Source of the DNA: Bacteroidia bacterium
GTDB lineage: Bacteria; Bacteroidota; Bacteroidia; JABEUT01
Reading direction: 5' to 3'
Assembly: GCA_052325425.1 (NCBI GenBank)
Contig: JBKQUY010000067.1
Span: 30,123-94,122 of the forward strand
DNA length: 64,000 bases
Shown here: one piece after another, positions 48,094 to 57,556 of the stretch
How positions within the stretch are numbered: position 1 is the stretch's first letter
How the letters are laid out: each line of letters starts with the position of its first letter
Notes under the pieces: generated by a model
Databases searched by the model: none
The model's input: the letters and a program-made list of their open reading frames with translations, nothing else
Told to the model about the DNA's origin: nothing
Position numbers and translations under genes: made by a program

Positions 48094-49383
48094 ATGCACC
48101 AGGAGATTCTTAATAAAAAAGCCAAAATTGCCCTGATAGGGTTAGGATATGTAGGCTTGCCCATTGCCCTCGCTTTTGCTAGGAAAGTTAAAGTGATAGG
48201 CTTTGATATTAACCGCAAAAGGGTTGATATGATGAAAAAGGGCATTGACCCAAGCGGGGAATTACCAGAAAGCGATTTTGAAGGCTGTGACATAGAATTT
48301 ACCGATTCATTGGATATATTAAAACAGGCATCCTTCTTTATAGTTGCCGTGCCCACCCCAATAGATAATTCAAACCAGCCTGACCTTACACCCGTTATTA
48401 AAGCAAGCGAAAGCATTGGCAAAGTACTGAAAAAGGGCGATTACGTGGTGTATGAATCTACCGTTTACCCCGGCTGCACTGAAGATGACTGTGTGCCAAT
48501 AATTGAAAAAATTTCGGGGCTGAAAATGGGAGAAGATTTTAAAATTGGTTATTCGCCGGAAAGAATAAACCCGGGAGATAAGCAACATACCATTACTAAA
48601 ATACTGAAGATAGTGTCAGGGTGCGATAAGGAAGCACTCGATACTATTGCCAAAGTATATTCCATTATTGTAGAACCGGGCGTACATAAGGCACCATCCA
48701 TTAAAGTGGCAGAAGCAGCAAAGATTATTGAAAATACCCAGCGCGATGTGAATATTGCCCTTATGAATGAGTTGTCCATCATCTTTAACCGCATGGATAT
48801 AAATACATACGATGTACTGGAAGCGGCAGGCACCAAATGGAATTTCCTGAAATTCAAGCCGGGCCTTGTCGGAGGCCATTGCATAGGCGTTGACCCATAT
48901 TACCTTATACACAAAGCAGAGATGCTCGGCTACCATACGCACGTTATTAATTCTGGCCGTTATGTAAACGATTCTATGGGTTTTTATGTTGCCAAGAATA
49001 CGGTGAAAAAAATAATAGCCACAGGCAAAGACATATCTAAGGCGAAAGTATTGGTGATGGGCGCTACATTTAAGGAAAATGTAATGGATATACGTAACTC
49101 GCGCGTTGCCGATGTAATAAAGGAATTAAAATCTTACTCCCTCAACGTTGATGTTACCGACCCTTATGCCGATTCGGAAGAGTTGAAAGAGGAATATGGA
49201 TTTGAATTAGTGAAAAACATTGGCGACAACTACGACGCTGTTATTGTTGCCGTTAACCATAAGCAATACCAAGCTCTTACGGAAGATTATTTTGCTTCTA
49301 TCTTAACGCCTCATGGTGTTTTGGTTGACGTGAAAGGCATATATCACAATAAAATTCATAAATTCACTTACTGGAGCTTATAA
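48094..49383 (+). CDS. Nucleotide-sugar dehydrogenase (UDP-N-acetyl-D-mannosamine/glucosamine 6-dehydrogenase family, WbpA/WecC-like)
   Basis: IALIGLGYVGLPIA Rossmann fold, catalytic Cys in GGHCIG. Confidence 0.9.
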   Translation: MHQEILNKKAKIALIGLGYVGLPIALAFARKVKVIGFDINRKRVDMMKKGIDPSGELPESDFEGCDIEFTDSLDILKQASFFIVAVPTPIDNSNQPDLTPVIKASESIGKVLKKGDYVVYESTVYPGCTEDDCVPIIEKISGLKMGEDFKIGYSPERINPGDKQHTITKILKIVSGCDKEALDTIAKVYSIIVEPGVHKAPSIKVAEAAKIIENTQRDVNIALMNELSIIFNRMDINTYDVLEAAGTKWNFLKFKPGLVGGHCIGVDPYYLIHKAEMLGYHTHVINSGRYVNDSMGFYVAKNTVKKIIATGKDISKAKVLVMGATFKENVMDIRNSRVADVIKELKSYSLNVDVTDPYADSEELKEEYGFELVKNIGDNYDAVIVAVNHKQYQALTEDYFASILTPHGVLVDVKGIYHNKIHKFTYWSL

Positions 49384-49392
49384 CCCATTTTC

Positions 49393-50457
49393 ATGAAACG
49401 TGATTTTAAAACAGTACTTATTACAGGCGGGGCAGGTTTCATCGGCTCGCATGTGGTGCGCAGGTTTGTAAATAATTATCCCGGCAGTAAAATAATCAAT
49501 TTAGATAAGCTTACTTATGCCGGCAACCTGCAAAATCTTACCGATATTGAAGATAAGCCCAATTACACTTTTGTTAAGGGAGACATTGTTGACGGCGCTT
49601 TTGTGGATACTCTTTTTCAACAATATGATTTTGATACAGTAGTTCATTTAGCTGCCGAATCGCATGTTGACCGCTCCATAACAAACCCTACTGAGTTTGC
49701 CATGACCAATGTTATTGGCACCATTAACCTGTTGAACGCGGCAAAGAAAAGCTGGGCAGCAAACCAGGAAGGCAAGATATTCTACCATGTTTCGACAGAT
49801 GAAGTTTATGGCTCACTGGGCGCAACGGGCTTCTTTACGGAAGAAACTCCTTATGACCCGCGCAGCCCCTACTCTGCTTCCAAAGCCAGCTCCGACCATT
49901 TTGTAATGGCATATTACCACACCTATAAGTTACCGGTAATAATATCGAATTGCTCCAATAACTATGGCTCGCACCATTTCCCCGAAAAGCTTATTCCGCT
50001 GGCCATACACAATATTAAAAACAGCAAGCCTGTGCCCGTTTATGGTAAAGGAGAAAATATACGCGACTGGCTTTATGTGGAAGACCATGCCTCGGCGATA
50101 GATATTATTTTGCATAAAGGAGAAATTGGCGACACATACAATATAGGAGGGCATAATGAATGGAAAAATATTGACCTCATCCGCCTGCTGTGCAAAATAA
50201 TGGATAAGAAACTAAATCGTCCTGCCGGCACATCAGAAAAGCTTATAACCTTTGTAAAAGACCGCGCCGGCCACGATATGCGCTATGCCATTGATTCCGG
50301 CAAAGTGCAAAAGGAACTGGGATGGAAACCTTCGCTGCAATTTGAAGAAGGGCTTGAAAAAACCGTTGACTGGTACCTGGCCAATGAGGCCTGGCTCAAA
50401 AATGTTACCTCAGGCGATTACCAGAAATACTATGAGTTGCAGTATATGAAGAGGTAA
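49393..50457 (+). CDS. rfbB: dTDP-glucose 4,6-dehydratase
   Basis: VLITGGAGFIGSH, YxxxK (YSASKAS). 354 aa. Confidence 0.9.
   Translation: MKRDFKTVLITGGAGFIGSHVVRRFVNNYPGSKIINLDKLTYAGNLQNLTDIEDKPNYTFVKGDIVDGAFVDTLFQQYDFDTVVHLAAESHVDRSITNPTEFAMTNVIGTINLLNAAKKSWAANQEGKIFYHVSTDEVYGSLGATGFFTEETPYDPRSPYSASKASSDHFVMAYYHTYKLPVIISNCSNNYGSHHFPEKLIPLAIHNIKNSKPVPVYGKGENIRDWLYVEDHASAIDIILHKGEIGDTYNIGGHNEWKNIDLIRLLCKIMDKKLNRPAGTSEKLITFVKDRAGHDMRYAIDSGKVQKELGWKPSLQFEEGLEKTVDWYLANEAWLKNVTSGDYQKYYELQYMKR
50416..50453 (+). repeat. Direct repeat copy 1 (3-prime end of rfbB)
   Basis: 36 of 38 bp identical to 51183-51220. Confidence 0.9.
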
Positions 50458-50505
50458 GCCTGCATACGAAGTCAGGGGAAAGATAAAAAAACCTAACTTT
50501 GTAAT

Positions 50506-50958
50506 ATGGAAAGAATATACCTCTATACTTCAGTTTTTGGAGGCTACTTTGAACCCGAATTTGAACTTTGGACAAAGATTCTATTTGACAGAATTATAAA
50601 AGGGGAATTTAAGATACTTCATTCTCAACTAACCGAACTTGAGTTGGAAGGGGCTCCGCAACATGTAAAAGATTTGGTAAAAACTGTTCCTGCTAAACAA
50701 ATGGAGTTCCTTAAAATAACTTCGGAGTCAACCTTGTTAGCAAATGAATACATAAAAGAGAAGGTAGTTGGAAAAACAAGTTTTGAAGATTGTCGGCATA
50801 TCGCTATTGCCACGTTAAATAATGCCGATGTTTTAGCCAGTTGGAATTTTAAACACATTGTAAATCTAAACAGAATCCGAGGGTATAATTCAGTAAATTA
50901 CAAATTAGGACACAAGATGCTGGAAATAAGGACACCAAGAGAAATTTTAACTTATTAA
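50506..50958 (+). CDS. PIN-like domain protein (candidate toxin of an inserted TA-like cassette)
   Basis: 150 aa. N-terminal RIYLYTSVF resembles the PIN strand-1 pattern (hydrophobic-LDT-S/N-V) with Asp replaced. C-terminal IAIATLNNADVLASWNFKHI resembles the PIN terminal helix and strand. Confidence 0.5.
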   Translation: MERIYLYTSVFGGYFEPEFELWTKILFDRIIKGEFKILHSQLTELELEGAPQHVKDLVKTVPAKQMEFLKITSESTLLANEYIKEKVVGKTSFEDCRHIAIATLNNADVLASWNFKHIVNLNRIRGYNSVNYKLGHKMLEIRTPREILTY

Positions 50959-50971
50959 TAACGTTATTATT

Positions 50972-51157
50972 ATGAGTAAAATAGAAAAACAAAAAACGGA
51001 GAAATCAATTATGGAACAATTGAGGGAAATCCGTGACAAAATAAGTTTGGAAACTCAAGATATGACTTTTGAAGAATTGCAAAAGTACATTGATGAACGC
51101 TTGTCAGGGACGCTGCATCCCAAAGAAGTTTGGGATAAAAAAAAAGTTAAGAAATAG
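50972..51157 (+). CDS. Small charged helical protein (61 aa), candidate partner/antitoxin
   Basis: Starts 14 bp after the PIN-like gene. Lys/Glu-rich. Confidence 0.4.
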   Translation: MSKIEKQKTEKSIMEQLREIRDKISLETQDMTFEELQKYIDERLSGTLHPKEVWDKKKVKK

Positions 51158-51182
51158 GGTGAGGAATTGTGTTATTTCCGCT

Positions 51183-51220
51183 GATTACCAGAAATACTAT
51201 GAGTTGCAGTACGTGAAGAG
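51183..51220 (+). repeat. Direct repeat copy 2: in-frame duplicate of the rfbB C-terminus (DYQKYYELQYVKR plus stop)
   Basis: Read directly from the sequence. Confidence 0.9.
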
Positions 51221-51321
51221 ATAGAAAGAATGCCTGAACTACTGAAATAAATCTGCATCATTTCCTAAAAACACAGATTGCCCATTAAAGGGCAATCCGT
51301 ATTAAAAGAATCTACCTGCTA

Positions 51322-52557
51322 TTATAACACTCCTTCGTCGTAAGCTTTTTCGCCATGCAGCGCTGAATCTAACCCTGCATCTTCTTCGGCCTCGGAAACC
51401 CTTACCCTGGTTACTAAATTTATAATGTACAGCATTATATATGTAAATAAGAATGCGTAGATACTCGCTCCCACCACTGCAATTACCTGTTTAGCGAAAA
51501 AATGAGTGCCGCCATACATCAAGCCATCAGCGCCGGCAGGGTTCATAGCTTTAGATGCAAAAACACCTAACAATATGGTGCCCACGCAGCCTCCTATACC
51601 GTGTACACCCCAGACATCAAGAGCATCATCCCATCCCAGTTTATTTTTCATGTTAACGGCAAGGTAGCAAACCAAAGAGGAGGCAATTCCGATTATTACC
51701 GCGGAAGGTAGCGAAACATACCCCGCAGCAGGAGTAATGGTTGCAAGCCCTGCAACAGCGCCGGTAAGCAGACCGACGAATTTTGGTTTTTTCGTCATGC
51801 TCCACTCAATTACCAGCCAGGTTATAGTAGCAAAAGATGCAGCCACATCAGTATTTAAAAAGGCAAGCCCGGTTATGGCATTTACATTCAATGCGCTACC
51901 CGAGTTAAAACCATACCAACCAAACCACAACAACCCTGTTCCGATAGCTATAAGAGGAATACTGTTGGGCGGAGAAGCAACATCCCGTCTTTTGCCCACG
52001 TAAAATACAGAAGCCAATGCTGCAAAGCCCGCTATGGCATGGACTACTATACCACCTGCAAAGTCGAGTACTCCCCAACGTGCAAGCAATCCGCCGCCCC
52101 ATACCATGTGTGCAAATGGATAATAAACCAACAATTGCCATAAAATCAAAAACAGTATATACGATTTGAAAGTTACACGGTTCACAAATGCCCCGGTAAT
52201 TAAAGCAGGAGTTATGATTGCAAACATCATCTGGTAAGCTATAAATACAAACTCCGGCATATTTTTGTTACCGGGAAAAGGCGTGTTCAGGTTCACCCCG
52301 TTCATAAAGGCTTTATCGAGGTTACCGATTATTCCTCCCAACGCATCGCCACTGAAACAAAGGGAATACCCGCATGCAAACCACATTATTGTGGTAATAC
52401 CCATTGAAACAAAACTCTGAATCATAATCCCGAGTATATTTCGCTTTCCGGCAAGGCCGCCATAAAAGAAAGCCAGGCCCGGCGTCATTAACATTACAAG
52501 GCTTGTAGCAAGCAGCATAAAGCCAACCGTTCCTGTGTCAAATCCTGCGTTGTTCAT
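51322..52557 (-). CDS. amt: Ammonium transporter
   Basis: 411 aa, 11 TM. Amt signature regions (DFAGG, conserved His pair). Confidence 0.9.
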   Translation of the reverse strand: MNNAGFDTGTVGFMLLATSLVMLMTPGLAFFYGGLAGKRNILGIMIQSFVSMGITTIMWFACGYSLCFSGDALGGIIGNLDKAFMNGVNLNTPFPGNKNMPEFVFIAYQMMFAIITPALITGAFVNRVTFKSYILFLILWQLLVYYPFAHMVWGGGLLARWGVLDFAGGIVVHAIAGFAALASVFYVGKRRDVASPPNSIPLIAIGTGLLWFGWYGFNSGSALNVNAITGLAFLNTDVAASFATITWLVIEWSMTKKPKFVGLLTGAVAGLATITPAAGYVSLPSAVIIGIASSLVCYLAVNMKNKLGWDDALDVWGVHGIGGCVGTILLGVFASKAMNPAGADGLMYGGTHFFAKQVIAVVGASIYAFLFTYIMLYIINLVTRVRVSEAEEDAGLDSALHGEKAYDEGVL

Positions 52558-52602
52558 TTGTTTTAAATTTTAAAGGTTTGTGTTTATTAATTATTTATTT
52601 GT

Positions 52603-53709
52603 TTAAAACCAGATACCCAAAGTTACCATTGCCTCGTCCCTGTAGTTTACATATTTCCCATCGGTATAAAATATATTTTGCCCCGCTGCCATTTTCAGTT
52701 CCCTTCCCTCAATACGAATATAAGAGTTTTTGGCAGGCTTAAATTCTATGCCAAGCGTTGCTCCATTCAACATATACCCGCTAACATTTCCGTTTGTTTC
52801 TTTTAAAGTATCTGAAGTGAAGATTCCCTGGACATCATTAAACATTTCTCCTCTTGCATAAATGCCAAAGAAATGTGTGAACTGGTACTTCAAGGTAAGT
52901 ATGTAACTGTAAACAAACGCGCTTTTGGCTGTATCGGAAAGTTGCGAATGCTGCTGGCTTATAAAATCAACACCTGCAATTATTTTAAACTCTTTGCTTA
53001 ATTCATAATTAAATACAACATTATTCAAAATCCTTGTATGCGAAACCGGGTCATTATCCGGCGTGTTATCACTGATAAAGTTATAATAGCCTATGCTTCC
53101 TTTATCACTAAGAGCATAAGTAATAGCAAGGCCTGCCGCTTTTTTCTTATTGGTGGCAATAAATTCATTGTAGCCGTTTACCACATATAAAGCCATTTGC
53201 CATTTTTCATCGGGAGTATATACCAACCTTCCACCCGCCTGCCACCAGGGTTCATAAAAGGTTATTATAGAAATGGAGCTGGTAATATTATCCTTGGGCA
53301 GCAATGCTTCGGTACCTATATGTGTTTTAAAAAACCCGGCATCGAGCCATAGCTTTTTTGTGAGGGCAATTCCGGCATTGGCTTCCTGGATGAAGTTATA
53401 AACCGGAGACCAGGCTGCATTAGGTAAATCTCCGGAATGCAGGGTTATGGTTGACCTTAATATGGGCGAATTATACTGCATGGAAACCTGTGCAACATTA
53501 ATGCCAAAGTTATCGTTTCGAGGGGAAATGGCGGCAAATTTCTGGTATTTACCTGCTCCCACCGAATCGGAATAGGTGGCAAAATAAGTATCTATATAAC
53601 CTCCAATCTTAATAGTTGAAGAAGAATCTTTTTGGGCGGCAGCAGAAATACAACGGAGATAGCACAGAAAAAGTAAAATACATGGATTTTTAGGTATAAT
53701 TTTCATCAT
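52603..53709 (-). CDS. Outer-membrane porin encoded upstream of amt
   Basis: Signal peptide ...SAAAQ. Beta-barrel-like alternating pattern. C-terminal ...LGIWF. Confidence 0.7.
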   Translation of the reverse strand: MMKIIPKNPCILLFLCYLRCISAAAQKDSSSTIKIGGYIDTYFATYSDSVGAGKYQKFAAISPRNDNFGINVAQVSMQYNSPILRSTITLHSGDLPNAAWSPVYNFIQEANAGIALTKKLWLDAGFFKTHIGTEALLPKDNITSSISIITFYEPWWQAGGRLVYTPDEKWQMALYVVNGYNEFIATNKKKAAGLAITYALSDKGSIGYYNFISDNTPDNDPVSHTRILNNVVFNYELSKEFKIIAGVDFISQQHSQLSDTAKSAFVYSYILTLKYQFTHFFGIYARGEMFNDVQGIFTSDTLKETNGNVSGYMLNGATLGIEFKPAKNSYIRIEGRELKMAAGQNIFYTDGKYVNYRDEAMVTLGIWF

Positions 53710-53907
53710 ACATGTATTGTGGTTATCATCCACTTACACAAAATTTGTATTGTAATATTTTAAAGCAAATCAAGGTATTTTCCAATCAAAAACACCTGAT
53801 TTATATCATAATAAATACCTGACCTTAATTATACTCCTGAATCTAATTCTCCATTATTATTCCAAATTCTTATGTGGCATTTCGGAATACAGAATAATTG
53901 CATTCTG

Positions 53908-54636
53908 TTAAAAAGGCACTCCAATGTTAACCCCACCGGCAAATACTATCGAACTTACACCTTCAAAACTATAATAATTACCATTGTTAACATCAAGATT
54001 AATATTGTTATTACTATTATTTATGTCGTAACCTATCCCTCCATAAATATCCAGCGAAACACTATGGGCCAATATCCATTGCTTACCAAGATTTAATATC
54101 AGGGCTGCTCCGGTATAATTAGTGGTAGTAGTTGTGTTGGCTTGATTTTGATAATAATTACTATAACCGGTTTGCGTTACACTAAAAACCGATACTACTA
54201 TTTGGGGCTTAAAATACATTCCCTGCATGGTATTGTACCTGAGAGTACCTACAGAAACAAAATCTGGAGCAAAAAATAACTTGACGCCTGCTTCAACAAA
54301 GACCCCCGAAGGCTTAATTTCAGGATCATTATTAATCCCGGGGCCAATAATTCCCAACTGAGTTGTCAAAACAGCGTCAGTTCCCAATAATTGGTCATAT
54401 CCAAAAGAGATGTGTTGGTTAAGCGGAGAAAAGAACCCGAAACTTATTATCCTCTTTTTTATTTTCTGTGTAGTGGCATCCCTTCCGTAATCAGTAGGTC
54501 CCGGGCTTGGAATATTTGTTGTTGTTTTAGAACTGCCAGGATTAATAGTGGCATCTTGTGAAAATACATAGGTTGAAAGAATTAATAGTAATGCCGTTAC
54601 TACATGCTTTCTTTGGAGGTTAAAATATGTTTTCAT
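53908..54636 (-). CDS. Outer-membrane beta-barrel protein (OmpA-like / porin family)
   Basis: Signal peptide. C-terminal aromatic residue (ending GVPF). Confidence 0.7.
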   Translation of the reverse strand: MKTYFNLQRKHVVTALLLILSTYVFSQDATINPGSSKTTTNIPSPGPTDYGRDATTQKIKKRIISFGFFSPLNQHISFGYDQLLGTDAVLTTQLGIIGPGINNDPEIKPSGVFVEAGVKLFFAPDFVSVGTLRYNTMQGMYFKPQIVVSVFSVTQTGYSNYYQNQANTTTTTNYTGAALILNLGKQWILAHSVSLDIYGGIGYDINNSNNNINLDVNNGNYYSFEGVSSIVFAGGVNIGVPF

Positions 54637-54711
54637 AGTATTGTGGTTTATTAGTTTAATTATGTAAATTTAACAATTATCTTGAATAAACAAACACTTT
54701 TTCTCTTATTA

Positions 54712-55185
54712 TTAATTAGTAATACTCAATGCCCCGGTAGTGGTATTAAATGTAGCATTATATTGTTTAAGCCCTATGGTAGCCGGCCCGCTATTCACAC
54801 CTCCGTTTGATAAATTATATTCCGAACCGCAATCAAGGCATATAGCGGTGCCATTGGTTTGAGCCTGTACTATTCCGTTAGCGTCAGAAAGATTGTAGGT
54901 GCAGGTGCGGTCGAATGCGGTTATGGTGCTTGAATTAAGGCGGAAAAGAATAATACCCCTGTATCCGCCGGTAACGTAAGCCTGTCCTCCTGAATTTAAT
55001 AAAGTATTATAGGCAGGAGTATTGATATTTATACTCACATTAACAGTTACATTAGGAACAGGGCTGCTGCCTTCCGGGTTATTGCCTTTACTGCAACCAG
55101 TAAGCGACAAAATAATTCCGGCTATAAAAACAAGAAAGACTCTTGCAAAAGCTATGCTGAATGATTTTTTGGAATTATGAATCAT
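54712..55185 (-). CDS. Hypothetical lipoprotein
   Basis: Lipobox LTGCSKG. Confidence 0.6.
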   Translation of the reverse strand: MIHNSKKSFSIAFARVFLVFIAGIILSLTGCSKGNNPEGSSPVPNVTVNVSININTPAYNTLLNSGGQAYVTGGYRGIILFRLNSSTITAFDRTCTYNLSDANGIVQAQTNGTAICLDCGSEYNLSNGGVNSGPATIGLKQYNATFNTTTGALSITN

Positions 55186-55410
55186 CTTATAAAGTCTATA
55201 TATTTTATTAACGTAACACCGGCCTGAATAGTATAACAGACTGCTTAGTCTAATCCTTGTATCGGATTTAATTATACAATATTAACGAATTTTTCTGTGG
55301 ATTGCAAATTAAACTGGCCACGATACTCCTGCGGGTTTGCTGCGATTGTCTATCTATAAGAATTATACAAGTAGTAAAATCAATGAACTTTCTATCCTTT
55401 GTAAATAAAT

Positions 55411-55887
55411 TCAGGCAGGGCGATACATTATGTATTTATCGAATCCGTAACCAAAACCATTTTTCGTAACCGATTCTACTTTCATTCCAAGTTTTTCATA
55501 ATAACCAAAGGTATGCTGGCTTGTCCATAGGGTTATCTGCCTTCCGGGTGCAAGCTCTTTGATTTTATTTACCCTGTAATCGTAAAGTAATTTACCAAAG
55601 CCCTTATTCTGGAAACCGGCATGAACCATTCCCCAGTTCAATTGTGCTTTTTTCTCACCTTTAACCATGTAAAATCCTGCACAGCCTATGACGTTTTTTT
55701 TGTACTCCAATACATAAAAATGTATTGACTCCGCAGTTGAATAGGGCAGAGTATTATTATCCAATGCATTCAGCCAGTTATCGAGTTTTCCGATTTCATC
55801 TTCAGCAAAGTACGCGGGCACATTGCTTATGAATATTTTACGGCATTTAACAGCATCGGCCGGGGTATAGAGGCGTATATTAATCAT
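55411..55887 (-). CDS. GNAT family N-acetyltransferase
   Basis: Acetyl-CoA binding motif (GFQNKGFGKLL). Confidence 0.8.
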   Translation of the reverse strand: MINIRLYTPADAVKCRKIFISNVPAYFAEDEIGKLDNWLNALDNNTLPYSTAESIHFYVLEYKKNVIGCAGFYMVKGEKKAQLNWGMVHAGFQNKGFGKLLYDYRVNKIKELAPGRQITLWTSQHTFGYYEKLGMKVESVTKNGFGYGFDKYIMYRPA

Positions 55888-56073
55888 GTTAATTATTTCA
55901 AAAATAGCCTAAAAATGGCTTCAGCTTTAATTGAAGAACAATTTACAATATTATTGTACCACAGCTTACCCACAAAATAAATACAAACAGACGGAGCTTA
56001 GCAATTACCAAGGGGAAAATAATGTAGTGTTAAATAGTTATTACTTATTTTTATAGTCTAATTTTCAGCCACT

Positions 56074-57003
56074 ATGCTGTTAAAACATAACCATTCTGCA
56101 AAGTTTATATCGGCAATACTAATCTTTATACTATTATACGGTTGCAATTCATCAAATAAGGTGGTATCTTCTTTTAGCGAAAGAAAATATACCAAAGGCT
56201 ACTTTTGGAATATCCCTGCTGAAAAGCCAATAGTATTAAGTAAATTTAGTAGTGTATTTAAGCAAGATATTTACTCTAAGAAAATGCTGAACAATAATTT
56301 AGTTATTGGGAACAATAAGCTACTATCAAAGACCTGCACCCATAATTTAATAGAAGCTGTTCAGAAGAAAATGGAGCATCTTAATAGTAATAATTTGACA
56401 AATTCAGTCAATCCCTTAAATAAAATTGAAAGGATTGAGAATAATAGTCAAGTTACAAATAAATCAACTGAAAAAAATGATAGTGCCACAGATGCATATA
56501 TTGTAAGCAAAGTATTTATAGTTTTAGGTTGCATCCTATTACTACTTTCACTTTTAGCACAATTTAGTATTTTTTTCCCTCAAAGTTTAGCATTAGGCAT
56601 TTTTATCGTAGGGTTGTTCCTATTGGTAATAGGCATAGCCAATTGGATAAGGGTTCATATGCAACTACCTCCATCAACTGTAGAGAATAAAAAAGTTGAG
56701 CAGGCTGAAAATATTCCCAAAAAAAGAAAGTGGGCTTGGGGTATTGGGGCATTCATCTGTGGCTTAGATATAATATTAGGTATGATATTTGTTATTCTAT
56801 TAGCCTTATTTGGTTCTGGAGAAGGAATTGGAATATTAATCCTTTTATTAATTTTCGGAGCATTTATTACAGCAGTGCTTGGCATTATTTTAGCAACTAT
56901 TGCATTATTTAGAAAGGAAAATCACTTGGCTTATATAATAGGTGCAGCTTTAATTTGTGCAGTTTATATAGTTTTATTATTGATAACTGGTAGTTCAATT
57001 TAG
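56074..57003 (+). CDS. Hypothetical membrane protein (C-terminal multi-TM bundle)
   Basis: N-terminal lipobox-like LYGCNSS. 5-6 TM helices in the C-terminal half. Confidence 0.65.
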   Translation: MLLKHNHSAKFISAILIFILLYGCNSSNKVVSSFSERKYTKGYFWNIPAEKPIVLSKFSSVFKQDIYSKKMLNNNLVIGNNKLLSKTCTHNLIEAVQKKMEHLNSNNLTNSVNPLNKIERIENNSQVTNKSTEKNDSATDAYIVSKVFIVLGCILLLLSLLAQFSIFFPQSLALGIFIVGLFLLVIGIANWIRVHMQLPPSTVENKKVEQAENIPKKRKWAWGIGAFICGLDIILGMIFVILLALFGSGEGIGILILLLIFGAFITAVLGIILATIALFRKENHLAYIIGAALICAVYIVLLLITGSSI

Positions 57004-57135
57004 GTAAAACTGACACTTTGTTTTAAATCAGCCACTATCTCATTAGCGGTATAGAGTCGTATTTCAGTCTTTCACTACTATTTAAAGGAACTATCAATAA
57101 TCAGGGAATTTTCGGGGGATAAATAAAGCTAAAAA

Positions 57136-57172
57136 GCCTCAACCATTTTACAGGTGAGGCTTTTATCATTTT
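57136..57172 (+). terminator. Hairpin gcctcaacc-N-ggtgaggc followed by TTTTATCATTTT
   Basis: Downstream of 56074..57003. Imperfect stem. Confidence 0.4.
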
Positions 57173-57326
57173 ATTCCGTAGCCCCGATGGTACGATTACC
57201 GAACCACTTAATGACTAAATTTAAACAGATATACAGCTTAAAATCAGTCATAGCTGCCTAATAGTAACCACAAAACCCACCTGTTTTCAGGCGGGTAAAT
57301 AATGGCACATTGATTTAATAGAGTTT

Positions 57327-57467
57327 CTATTTAATAGGTTTCTTTATTGAATGGATTGGCTTATTTGTTGGGCAGTTTGGATTTGGGCATTTTGTTTGTC
57401 CAACTGGAATTACTGTGCCACATGACGGACAATGTATTTGTCCTGCTGTAATAGTTGTTTTTTTCAT
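57327..57467 (-). CDS. Possible small zinc-ribbon protein (CPSC...CPNPNC)
   Basis: Four Cys arranged as a CxxC-N14-CxxxxC knuckle pair. The longer ORF overlaps the upstream stop as ATGA. Confidence 0.3.
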   Translation of the reverse strand: MKKTTITAGQIHCPSCGTVIPVGQTKCPNPNCPTNKPIHSIKKPIK

Positions 57468-57556
57468 AGTTTTAAAGTTTAAGTTAATAATACTATTTAT
57501 TTTCAATTTTAATTCTACATTTAGTATTTCAAATAAAAAGGGAAACTTTCCTTTCG

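Noticed and set aside
57100-57320. Checked for a tRNA or small RNA because of multiple hairpins in a 300 bp gap
   Set aside because: No cloverleaf (no T-loop GTTC or anticodon-arm geometry). The hairpins fit terminators.
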